NCBI GenBank assembly: GCA_036337845.1 | Contig: JAYZDK010000098.1 | Coordinates: 1-53,205, forward strand | Direction: 5' to 3' | Length of the DNA stretch: 53,205 nt | Origin: Myxococcota bacterium | GTDB taxonomy: Bacteria; Myxococcota_A; UBA796; CAJQPC01 | The notes under the pieces: generated by a model | The model's input: only the letters and a program-made list of their open reading frames with translations | What the model was told of the DNA's origin: nothing | Databases searched by the model: none | Part shown: piece by piece, positions 24,060-32,137 of the stretch | Layout: each line of letters begins with the position of its first letter | How positions within the stretch are numbered: position 1 is the stretch's first letter | Position numbers and translations under genes: made by a program

Positions 24060-24809
24060 ATGCGCTGGTCTCTCGTCACATTCCTGCCCTTTTGTTTGCT
24101 CGGTTGCCCGGTAGAAACCCCAACGGACATCACAAGCCGAGCCCCTTCCTTAGAAGGTGAAGAACCCGGGCCAGGCGATATGCCGCCTCCCAATGGAGCC
24201 GGCCCCCAAGAAGTCAACGCCGCCAAGTTCGTTCTGGACCCAGAAAACAGCATCGATATTTCAGGCATTCTGGACTATCCGGGGCAGAAAGAAGGCAAAC
24301 TGCTCGTCGAAGTACTCACCGTCACCGACGGCACCCCAGAGCTCAAGCACTCTGAGGTTTTTGAAAAGGCTGGAGACTTCACCATCGGTATGCCGAAAGC
24401 ACTCGGGAGCGTGCAACTCGTCGCGTTTGTGGACGTCGACGGGGACGGCCCCTCAGAACATGACCCTGCCGGAATGCTCCCGATTGAGGTCCAAGACGCC
24501 CCCGTGTCAGGACTTGTGCTGACCTTGAGCGACAACGCTGACCTCGGAAACCTCACCCCCGGAAAGGGCGCAGAGCAACCCCCGCCGGCAACCGACCAGG
24601 AGATCGCGCGCGACCGTGCATTCCTGGAGCATCGCGACGCGGACAAAGTCCCCAAAGGCCCAGAGAACCCCACAGCACCGGAAGGCGGTGATGCGGAAAA
24701 CGCACCTGAGAACGCGCCTCAAGGCCCCGCGCCAGACGGCACCATGCCCGAGGGCTCAGTGCCTGTACCGCCTCCGGCCGAGGGTGCCCCTCCCGAACAA
24801 GGAGACTAA
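24060..24809 (+). CDS. Hypothetical lipoprotein with a proline-rich C-terminus
   Basis: AAGGAG lies 9 nt upstream. MRWSLVTFLPFCLLGC lipobox. The C-terminal third is rich in P/E/G/A (PEGGDAENAPENAPQGPAPDG...). Confidence 0.55.
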   Translation: MRWSLVTFLPFCLLGCPVETPTDITSRAPSLEGEEPGPGDMPPPNGAGPQEVNAAKFVLDPENSIDISGILDYPGQKEGKLLVEVLTVTDGTPELKHSEVFEKAGDFTIGMPKALGSVQLVAFVDVDGDGPSEHDPAGMLPIEVQDAPVSGLVLTLSDNADLGNLTPGKGAEQPPPATDQEIARDRAFLEHRDADKVPKGPENPTAPEGGDAENAPENAPQGPAPDGTMPEGSVPVPPPAEGAPPEQGD

Positions 24810-25942
24810 CGAATCTTAAGGGTGGAAAGCGCAAGCGCGGCAAACAGGACGCTCACAATCCACATTCGAACCACAATCTTGCTTTCGGCGATACCCCGAT
24901 GCTGAAAGAGATGGTGAAGCGGCGCTGCGGCAAAGATACGCCGACCGGTTTTCAGCCCCACCTGTTCCTGTAGAGCCGAGCTTCCCAGTTCAATCAGAAA
25001 CACACCTCCGACGATGAACATCAAGGCTTCCTGCTTCAACAAGATAGCCACCGTCCCAAGCGCTCCTCCAAGCATCAGGGAGCCCATGTCTCCCATGAAC
25101 ACATCCGCTGGGTAGACGTTGAACCACAAAAACGCCAGACAAGCGCCCATCATCGCCGCACAGAACACCCCAATCTCACCGGAGCCCTGAAGGTAGGGGT
25201 ACAGGAGATATTCCGACCACTGAATGTTCCCGAGCATGTAGGCGAACACGCCCAGCACGGCGAAGGACAAGAGGCAAGGCACGGTCGTGAGACCGTCGAG
25301 TCCGTCGGTGAAGTTCACCGCGTTGGTACAGAACCCCAGAAAAAAAGCTGCCAGCCCCGCATAGAGAAAGGACAGGTTCCAGTAGGCATGGGGAAGAAAC
25401 GGCAGATACACCAGGTCCAGGCTCACCAGAGGAGCCTGTCGGAACGGAACGAAAACATCGCTGGCAAGGTCCAGGGGAAAGGGCGTCCACTCCGGATTCA
25501 CCACAATCATGCCCAATCCAGCCCCAAAACCAAGCTGAGCAATCAGCTTCAGGGGACGGGACATTCCTTTTTCCGCTCCGCCGCGCACCTTCATGACGTC
25601 ATCAATCGCACCCACCAGCCCAAACCAGGCCGATGCTGCAATACAAAGCCATACCGAAATCGAACTGAGGTCACACCAAAGCAGCGCACTGCCAATTCCA
25701 GCAATGAAGAGAATCAGGCCTCCCATCACCGGCGTTCCCACCTTGGAGCCGGTATCCATGGCCTGGTACTTGCGCTCCTTGGAGCGCATTCCCTTTCGAT
25801 AGAGCAGGTGAATCACCGGCCGCCCTACCAGGAGCCCTACGGCCATCGCCGTAATGAAGGCAAACAGCGCCCGGGAGGTCAGAAACCGAAGGATGGCCGG
25901 CCCACCGAGAGTCTCCACCACACCAGAAAACCAATAAATCAC
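24806..25942 (-). CDS. mraY: Phospho-N-acetylmuramoyl-pentapeptide transferase
   Basis: 378-aa 10-TM protein with MraY signatures: KxGTPVMGG (SKVGTPVMGGLI), NAVNFTDGLDGL, DVFMGDMGSLMLGGALG, APLHHLFQ. Confidence 0.9.
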   Translation of the reverse strand: MIYWFSGVVETLGGPAILRFLTSRALFAFITAMAVGLLVGRPVIHLLYRKGMRSKERKYQAMDTGSKVGTPVMGGLILFIAGIGSALLWCDLSSISVWLCIAASAWFGLVGAIDDVMKVRGGAEKGMSRPLKLIAQLGFGAGLGMIVVNPEWTPFPLDLASDVFVPFRQAPLVSLDLVYLPFLPHAYWNLSFLYAGLAAFFLGFCTNAVNFTDGLDGLTTVPCLLSFAVLGVFAYMLGNIQWSEYLLYPYLQGSGEIGVFCAAMMGACLAFLWFNVYPADVFMGDMGSLMLGGALGTVAILLKQEALMFIVGGVFLIELGSSALQEQVGLKTGRRIFAAAPLHHLFQHRGIAESKIVVRMWIVSVLFAALALSTLKIR

Positions 25943-28938
25943 CCTGCCTCCTCCCCGCGCAGTGCCAAGAGGTCGTTGTAGGCCTCCTTGAAGGAGTACC
26001 GGGTCTCAAAGCCATCACTGGTGCGCAACACCTTGCTCGCCTCATCCGCGGCTGTATCCGCATCGATCACACCGCGCTTGACGAGAAGCCCCAACGACTC
26101 AATCAACGCCACACGCACCTTCCAGCGAGCATCAAAGGACAGCTGCTCGGTGACAGAAGAAATGGTCTCCAAATCAGTCGCCACCCATCCAATCGCTCGC
26201 ACAGCCCGAGCCCGAGCCTCAAAGAAATCATCTTGGGTCATTTGGACGAGCACCGGAAGCAACTTCTTGAACTGTGCGGCATCGGCCTGGGCCTGGGCAA
26301 GGCCAGCAGAAGGATCGATGGCCATGGCCTGGTCGATTCCCCCAGCACCACCGATTGCCTGCGCGGCCTTGGCGCGAGCCTCGAAATAGGGGTCTGTAAG
26401 TCCGGCCTCAATGGCTTCTACCACTTCCGGCGTCACCACCCACAGGGATTGGAGACCGCGAAAGGCGTCCCTACGAACAATGGGTGGCTGATTCCATGCG
26501 CCCTCTGAGTTCCGGCCTGTCGCAAAAGAAAGCAACACATCCAAGCGCTCACGAAAGCCACCGTTACCCACCATTCGGCATCCACGAGCCCGAGACACGT
26601 AGTTCGATGCAGCCAGGTAGCCATCGATCTTGTAGAGAACCCGCGCATGCTCTTCGGGCTGCACCTGCTCTTCTCCCACTCGAACCGATCGAAGAAAGCG
26701 ATCGAGCTGATTCGAACTCAAACCCAGAATCCGCTCATCCTCTACACCGGTCGGCTCCGGAATCTGAGCCGAGGGTGCGCCGAGACAGAGGTGTTCGAGG
26801 ACATCCCCAATCCAAGGAAGCGTCCTGGGCTCAAATAAACCCAGCGCAGCAGCAGCCATGCTCTCATTGCGCTCCCGGTCGGAGAGCAGATCTCGGAGTG
26901 CTTGGGCAAGACACGCGGGATCTACCTGCTCTTGAACAATCCCCTCCCGCAAGCCAATGCTTTCGTAGACCACAATCACCGCACCTCGACGCTCCATGGA
27001 TCGAGCATTCGCTGCCTGGTGATCGCCGGGTAGGTTCGCCTTGGGAATAACAACGGCCGCCAGGCCATTGGCACAGACCTCGCTCAAGCTACCCGCCCCC
27101 CCCCGACAAACCACGACATCGGACGCCGCGTAGTGGGTGCCCATGTCATGAATAAACTCCGAGCGGCGATAGCGTGTGTGCACATCTGCAGGAAGCCCTT
27201 GAAGGTCTCGCAGCCTCCCCTCCACATCCTCCGCACCATCGTAGGTCCCACCCGCTAGGCGGCGACCCGTCCCATGCAGCACAAAGACATTGGGATCCCG
27301 CAAGAGCTCGGGCAGGATGTCGACCATCGCTCGATTCAGCGTCCTGGCCCCTTGGCTTCCTCCAAAAGCCAGAATCACGCGAGCATCCAGGGGAATCTCC
27401 AAGCGTTTCCGGGCTTCTGCCTGGCTGGTCGCCTCGGAACGAGACTCCACAACGCTTGGCCGAACCGGGTAGCCCACCCAGACCTTCTTCTCCGGCGGCA
27501 CACGCGTCTCCGGAAAAGCCACCCCCACCGAATCCGCAAACCGAGCCGCAAGCTGGTTGAGCCGTCCCGGCACCGCATTCTGCTCATGAATGAAGATACG
27601 CCCTCGAAACAACCCCATTGAACGCAACACATAGGCCGCAATCAGAATTGGAGCGGCACCGTAGCCCCCGGTGCCCACAATGACCTCGGGCCGAAACCGG
27701 AGCACCACAAAGAACGACACCACCACGCCCAATGAAAGCTCGTAGGCAAACCGAATCAAGCCCAGTGGAGACCCGGTTCCCGGATACCCCATGGATCGCA
27801 CAAAGGACAGCTGCCGGGACACCGGTGAAACCAGGTCTGCAGCCACCGGAATCCCAAGCCATGGCCAATCCGATAGCCAATGCCTTGCTTTGAGCACCTG
27901 CTCGACCCCTCGAATCACAAGGCGCACCACCATTCGGCCCAGCTGCCCCGGCGAAAGGTTGCGCAAGGAGACACTGCCCACCCGAGCTCCGCGCTTTCTG
28001 AGCTCTTCGAGTTCGGAGCCGGTGAGCCCCAAAGCACCATCGAACACCGTGCCACTGACCCACGCAGTCGAAAGATCAGCTCCCTTCATGCGAGCGTGTT
28101 CCAAGAGCGCCCCGGAAAGGTCTGAATCTCCGACTGAGGTTTCTCGGAGGTCCGACCCCGAGAGGTCTGCCAGTCCCATCACAGTCCCACCAAAGCTCGC
28201 ACCCCGAAGGTCCGCGCCCACCAAATGGGCCTGAGTGGCTCTAAGCTCACGCAAGTTTGCACCACAGAGAATCGCATCATCGAACCAGGCTCTCTCCGCA
28301 AAAGCCCCTCGAAGATCAGCGTCTCTCAGACGAGCGCCTTCCAACCGCGCCCCATCCAGCTTTGCACCCGCCAGACACGCCCCCGTCAGGTCCGAACGTT
28401 CCAGGTGTGCTCCTGTGAGGTCGCACCCCGACAAGTCCAAACCACTGAGGTCCACGCGATCGAGCTGTGCTCCAGCCAGGTCCATTCCAGGCCCCAACTC
28501 CCCCAAACCGAGTTCACCAACCGAGCGGATACCATCGAGAAACCCCTTGTCCTCCCCCGCTCCACGCAGAAACTCTCTGCGGCGGCGAAAAGGCCCCAAC
28601 ACGCGGGTGCTTATCCGTTCAACCCACTCCAGGAGTAACTGGACCTCATCCGCAGATCGGTCTCTCCGATGACTCCCATCACGAGCATTGGCCGGCCCCC
28701 AGCGTGAGTCATCCAACTCCCAGGCACGTCGCACCATGGAGTCCTCGGCTTTGCCCCGAATCCCCACATAAAGAAAGGCCGCGTCCGGATGACGACGACG
28801 GACTTCATCCGCAATCGCAAGATTCGGCGAAACATGCCCGCCCGTGCCTCCACCGGTAAACAGGACACGCCTGAGGCCTTCATTCGCTGTTGACACGGCC
28901 TCGTCCCATTCGATCCCGATACTCTCCAGCTTGTTCAA
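25939..28938 (-). CDS. murG: MurG-type GT28 glycosyltransferase with an internal pentapeptide-repeat-containing insertion and a C-terminal HEAT-like repeat extension (999 aa)
   Basis: GT28 motifs: VLFTGGGTGGHVSPNLAIA (aa 25-43), VIVGTGGYGAAP (aa ~419-430), IHEQNAVPG (aa ~450-458), ILAFGGSQGA, and CRGGAGSLSEV...PGDHQAANA. An insert sits between the first and second motif. It contains ~150 aa of A(D/N)LxG-type pentapeptide repeats (DLSGLDLSGCDLTGAHLERSDLTGACLAGAKLDGARLEGARLRDADLRGA..., nt ~28039-28488). Residues ~725-999 carry HEAT/PBS-like repeats (DPYFEARAKAAQAIG, DDFFEARARAVRAIGW, DARWKVRVALIESLG). The stop overlaps the mraY start by 4 nt. Confidence 0.85.
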   Translation of the reverse strand: MNKLESIGIEWDEAVSTANEGLRRVLFTGGGTGGHVSPNLAIADEVRRRHPDAAFLYVGIRGKAEDSMVRRAWELDDSRWGPANARDGSHRRDRSADEVQLLLEWVERISTRVLGPFRRRREFLRGAGEDKGFLDGIRSVGELGLGELGPGMDLAGAQLDRVDLSGLDLSGCDLTGAHLERSDLTGACLAGAKLDGARLEGARLRDADLRGAFAERAWFDDAILCGANLRELRATQAHLVGADLRGASFGGTVMGLADLSGSDLRETSVGDSDLSGALLEHARMKGADLSTAWVSGTVFDGALGLTGSELEELRKRGARVGSVSLRNLSPGQLGRMVVRLVIRGVEQVLKARHWLSDWPWLGIPVAADLVSPVSRQLSFVRSMGYPGTGSPLGLIRFAYELSLGVVVSFFVVLRFRPEVIVGTGGYGAAPILIAAYVLRSMGLFRGRIFIHEQNAVPGRLNQLAARFADSVGVAFPETRVPPEKKVWVGYPVRPSVVESRSEATSQAEARKRLEIPLDARVILAFGGSQGARTLNRAMVDILPELLRDPNVFVLHGTGRRLAGGTYDGAEDVEGRLRDLQGLPADVHTRYRRSEFIHDMGTHYAASDVVVCRGGAGSLSEVCANGLAAVVIPKANLPGDHQAANARSMERRGAVIVVYESIGLREGIVQEQVDPACLAQALRDLLSDRERNESMAAAALGLFEPRTLPWIGDVLEHLCLGAPSAQIPEPTGVEDERILGLSSNQLDRFLRSVRVGEEQVQPEEHARVLYKIDGYLAASNYVSRARGCRMVGNGGFRERLDVLLSFATGRNSEGAWNQPPIVRRDAFRGLQSLWVVTPEVVEAIEAGLTDPYFEARAKAAQAIGGAGGIDQAMAIDPSAGLAQAQADAAQFKKLLPVLVQMTQDDFFEARARAVRAIGWVATDLETISSVTEQLSFDARWKVRVALIESLGLLVKRGVIDADTAADEASKVLRTSDGFETRYSFKEAYNDLLALRGEEAG

Positions 28939-28988
28939 ACGATACCATGCGACCCTACATACGAGCCCCCGACACTGAGACCCCTCTG

Positions 28989-30152
28989 ATGTTCAGAAAC
29001 CTTCCACTAATCGTTCTTCTGTTGTCCGGGGGGGCCCAAGCAGGTGAACGTGCAGGCTTTCCGCATGGAGCCGAGCCGCTCCCGGAGGTCCACGAAGGGC
29101 CACGCCCCGAGGATCGCCCCTGTAATGTCGCATTCTCAGCGTGGGTACGACACCAAGAGCCTCCCGCCGCGCATCCTCCTAAGGCTGAAGGCTGGGGTTT
29201 CAGTGCAACACTGTTTCGAAGAATATTGGCGGTTGAAGAATCGACCCCATCCATGGTCCACACGTGGTGCATCGGTCGATCCGTTCAGGGCCGCCCCATC
29301 TGGGCCACTCGCATCGCACGACCGGACGCGCCGGTTGAGCACCGCATGTTGGTCTTTGCCCAGCTTCACGCACTCGAATGGATTGGCGCAGAGGTCGTCG
29401 TGGCTCTCGCAGAACGCCTAGGCCAACACACGCCAAAGGGAATCGAGATCGTGCTCGTACCTCTGGTGAATCCAGACGGCCGCCACCGGGCAGAGTCCGA
29501 CCTGCTTGAGGAACGCGAGGGTGTCTACAGACGCGCCAACACCAATGGCGTCGACCTCAATCGTGACTTCGCGGTCCACCGGGAATCCGACAATATCTGG
29601 AGCCGCCTTCCCTGGTTCCGACGCTACTACACAGCCAGTCCAGCACCTCTTTCACAACCAGAAACACGCGCACTGGACAAACTGGCCAGCACCGGGTTCG
29701 ACATCAGCGTGTCCCTGCACGCGTTTGGTGGCGTCATCTACTACCCCTGGGCTGGGATCAAAGATCCCATCGAGGATGCGGCGGCCCACCGGGCCATGGC
29801 TCGGATAATGGCCGCCGCGCAGCCTGGCCGGAGCTATCGCACCGTGCAGTTGGGCCGATACTTCAGGTGGTTTCGTGGGCTGGGAATGGAAATCGACCAC
29901 ATGTATGCCGTGCATGGCAGTCAAAGCTTTCTCATCGAATTGACGCGTTCGGGAATCCGGCCTCTGAGACCCAATACCTGGAAGGATTACTTCCGCTGGT
30001 ACAACCCGGTAGACCCCAGCCCCCACGTTGACGACGGCGTGACTGCACTTTGGGCGGCGATCACACACTACGCTTCTCAGGCCAGTTCCCAACAGGGCAC
30101 CGGGACCCACCCAACGATGCCCCAACTGCGACAGGAAATCCCCAGACCCTAG
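28989..30152 (+). CDS. M14-family zinc carboxypeptidase (secreted)
   Basis: The in-frame ATG at 28989 gives the signal peptide MFRNLPLIVLLLSGGAQA. Zinc and catalytic motifs: QLHALEWIG (HxxE), VPLVNPDG, NTNGVDLNRDF, VSLHAFGG. The track ORF starts at 28890 and would overlap murG. Confidence 0.8.
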   Translation: MFRNLPLIVLLLSGGAQAGERAGFPHGAEPLPEVHEGPRPEDRPCNVAFSAWVRHQEPPAAHPPKAEGWGFSATLFRRILAVEESTPSMVHTWCIGRSVQGRPIWATRIARPDAPVEHRMLVFAQLHALEWIGAEVVVALAERLGQHTPKGIEIVLVPLVNPDGRHRAESDLLEEREGVYRRANTNGVDLNRDFAVHRESDNIWSRLPWFRRYYTASPAPLSQPETRALDKLASTGFDISVSLHAFGGVIYYPWAGIKDPIEDAAAHRAMARIMAAAQPGRSYRTVQLGRYFRWFRGLGMEIDHMYAVHGSQSFLIELTRSGIRPLRPNTWKDYFRWYNPVDPSPHVDDGVTALWAAITHYASQASSQQGTGTHPTMPQLRQEIPRP

Positions 30153-30217
30153 CTATTCCGTGAGTAAAACGCTCATTTCCGGACTGGCACGGTACTTGCT
30201 TACGTAACCAGTGGTGA

Positions 30218-30380
30218 CCGCATTCAGGTCCAGGTGCTGGGAAGAGGTTTCCGGCACATTTCGACAAGGCAATCCCGCTTTGTAGACAGCTATCGGTGCC
30301 AGCTGGACCCGGAGACGGGTTCTGGACCTGAATGACGGCATGACCAAAGGCCCCGCCCGCAAGACTTGCGGGTGGGGTTT
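30218..30380 (+). ncRNA. Structured leader / candidate cis-regulatory RNA upstream of the ABC operon (class not identified)
   Basis: The 324-nt intergenic gap is the largest in the window. A perfect 13-bp long-range helix (CAUUCAGGUCCAG 30221-30233 with CUGGACCUGAAUG 30322-30334) is extendable by CCG/CGG. An internal hairpin ACCCG-GAGA-CGGGU lies at 30307-30320, and a GGCAC/GUGCC pairing at 30253-30257 / 30296-30300. A GC-rich stem follows at 30351-30377. That stem contains a G-U pair only on the plus strand, which favours plus-strand transcription. Confidence 0.35.
30351..30380 (+). terminator. Terminator-like or attenuator hairpin (weak U-tract)
   Basis: CCCCGCCCGC-aagacuu-GCGGGUGGGG forms a 10-bp stem including one G-U pair. 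Only UUU follows. Lies ~100 nt upstream of the ABC ATPase start. Confidence 0.3.
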
Positions 30381-30476
30381 CCGTCTTCGGGCTTCCGGTT
30401 TTCGCTGACAACCCCATGGCTTGACGAGGCTGCCTTGCAGGCGATAGGAGTGGCGCCCTCCAAGGAGTGGCTCACT

Positions 30477-31415
30477 ATGATCGAAGTACGTGAACTGACG
30501 CGCTTCTACGGCCCAAACGCAGCCGTAGAGGAAGTGTCTTTCTCGATCGAAAACCGAGAGATCGTGGGGTTTCTAGGCCTCAACGGCGCTGGAAAGACCA
30601 CAACACTCAAGATGCTGGCCGGACTGCTGCTGCCATCCGCCGGCAGTGTGACGATCAACGGTGTAGATGCGATCGAAAACTCAGACGCAATCCGTGCCAA
30701 GATTGGTTTTCTACCCGAAGACCCTCCGTTGTACACAGACATGCGGGTTGGCGACTTTCTGCGCTGGTGTGGCTCGATTCGCGGCGCATCGTCCTCGGAG
30801 GTTGAAGAACGACTTCCTAGTGTACTGACCAAATGCCAGCTCACGGAGGTGGCCGACCGAGTCATCGAGGAGCTCTCCCACGGCTATCGCAAACGAGTCG
30901 GCATCGCCCAGGCAATCCTGCACAAGCCCGACCTGGTCATTCTGGACGAACCCATCTCCGGACTCGACCCCGTTCAGATCGTCGAAATGCGAAAGGTGAT
31001 TCAACACCTCAAACAAGAGTGCACGGTCCTGATCAGCTCTCACATCCTCTCAGAGGTCCACCAGACCTGCGACCGCATCCTCGTGCTCCATGAAGGCCGA
31101 CTGGTTGCGGAAGGAACCGAGCAAGAGCTCTCTCATCGAGCCCACTCGGGCAGCGGAGGGCTGAACCTGGTCGTGCGAGGCAGTGCCTCCGCGCTGGGCG
31201 AGCTGCTGGATGCACAAGCTGGGGTCGCCAGCCACGAGATTGTCGCTGGCCCAGGAGACCTGGTCAATGCCCACGTGACACTCACCGGAGATGACCGCGA
31301 GGCGCTTGTGGCAGCCATCGTGGGGGCCGGTCTGGGAATCCGGCGAGTCTCCGATGCCGAAACCGAACTGGAAAACATCTTTCTCGACATCACCAAGCAA
31401 ACGGAGGCCAAATGA
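30477..31415 (+). CDS. ABC transporter ATP-binding protein (ABC-2/GldA-like)
   Basis: ATG at 30477 with AAGGAG upstream. MIEVRELTRFYG, Walker A GLNGAGKTT, signature LSHGYRKR, Walker B LVILDEP. Confidence 0.9.
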   Translation: MIEVRELTRFYGPNAAVEEVSFSIENREIVGFLGLNGAGKTTTLKMLAGLLLPSAGSVTINGVDAIENSDAIRAKIGFLPEDPPLYTDMRVGDFLRWCGSIRGASSSEVEERLPSVLTKCQLTEVADRVIEELSHGYRKRVGIAQAILHKPDLVILDEPISGLDPVQIVEMRKVIQHLKQECTVLISSHILSEVHQTCDRILVLHEGRLVAEGTEQELSHRAHSGSGGLNLVVRGSASALGELLDAQAGVASHEIVAGPGDLVNAHVTLTGDDREALVAAIVGAGLGIRRVSDAETELENIFLDITKQTEAK

Positions 31416-32137
31416 AACCGATGATGCTTGTCGTTCGACGCGACCTGGCCGCCTACTTCAACTCCCTGTGGGGCTATGTCGTCGTGGCATCGATCCTTGT
31501 GATCGACGGGCTCCTATTCAACGCCTATTCACTAGGCAGCGGAGCCCGGTACAGCACCAAAGTATTGGAGGAGTTCTTCTACTTCTCCTTTGGTACGACC
31601 ATGGTGGCCGCCGTCCTGCTGACCATGCGGCTGATTGCAGAAGAACGGCAGACGGGCACCGCCAGCCTTCTCGACGCATCACCGCTCACCGATTGGCAGA
31701 TCGTAGGTGGCAAATACCTTTCAGCGATGGTGTTTCTAAGCCTGCTGACGCTCTCCACGCTGTACATGCCAGCACTCATATTCGTCAACGGCAAGGTCGC
31801 TATCGGCCAGATCGCGGCCGGGTATGCCGGCCTCCTGCTCGCAGGATCTGCCGCCGTCGCCGTAGGCACATTTGGGTCCTCAGTCGCCCGCAACCAGCTC
31901 TTTGCAGCGGTCGTGTCCAGCTTTCTGGTGGTCTTCTTCTTAGTGACCTGGATGCTCGCTCGTAAGACCGAGGCTCCATTCTCCGAGATCTTTTCCTATA
32001 TGAGCTTGTTCGATAAGCACTTCCAACCCTTCATGCGGGGCCGGGTCAACCTGGACGGGATCGTCTACTACCTGACTGTGACCTACGCTTTCCTGATGCT
32101 TTCGGTGCGGTGGATGTCCACCCGGAGGTGGAGATGA
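31412..32137 (+). CDS. ABC-2-type transporter permease (GldF-like)
   Basis: 241 aa with ~6 TM segments. ATGA overlap with the ATPase gene. N-terminus MKPMMLVVRRDLAAYFNSLWGYVV is typical of ABC-2 permeases. Confidence 0.8.
   Translation: MKPMMLVVRRDLAAYFNSLWGYVVVASILVIDGLLFNAYSLGSGARYSTKVLEEFFYFSFGTTMVAAVLLTMRLIAEERQTGTASLLDASPLTDWQIVGGKYLSAMVFLSLLTLSTLYMPALIFVNGKVAIGQIAAGYAGLLLAGSAAVAVGTFGSSVARNQLFAAVVSSFLVVFFLVTWMLARKTEAPFSEIFSYMSLFDKHFQPFMRGRVNLDGIVYYLTVTYAFLMLSVRWMSTRRWR

Noticed and set aside
28039-28488. Periodic 15-nt pattern in murG as a DNA tandem repeat or CRISPR-like array
   Set aside because: The periodicity is at the protein level (pentapeptide repeats, degenerate at the nucleotide level), lies inside one continuous ORF, and has no spacer/repeat organisation.
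30213-30345. The long hairpin as tRNA-Sec (selC), 4.5S/SRP RNA, a TPP riboswitch or a MITE
   Set aside because: No cloverleaf with a UCA anticodon loop could be drawn. The SRP motif (GGUCCGGAAGGAAGCAGCC) and the TPP motifs (CUGAGA, ACCUGAUCUGGAUAAUGCCAGCG) are absent or only superficially echoed. No target-site duplication flanks the 13-bp inverted repeats, and no second copy was seen in the window.
30153-30476. Small minus-strand ORFs in the large intergenic gap (30153..30362, 30290..30475, and the tail of 30061..30417) as real genes
   Set aside because: No start context or motifs, and the composition is Arg/Pro/Ser-rich. The region is better explained by RNA secondary structure on the plus strand.
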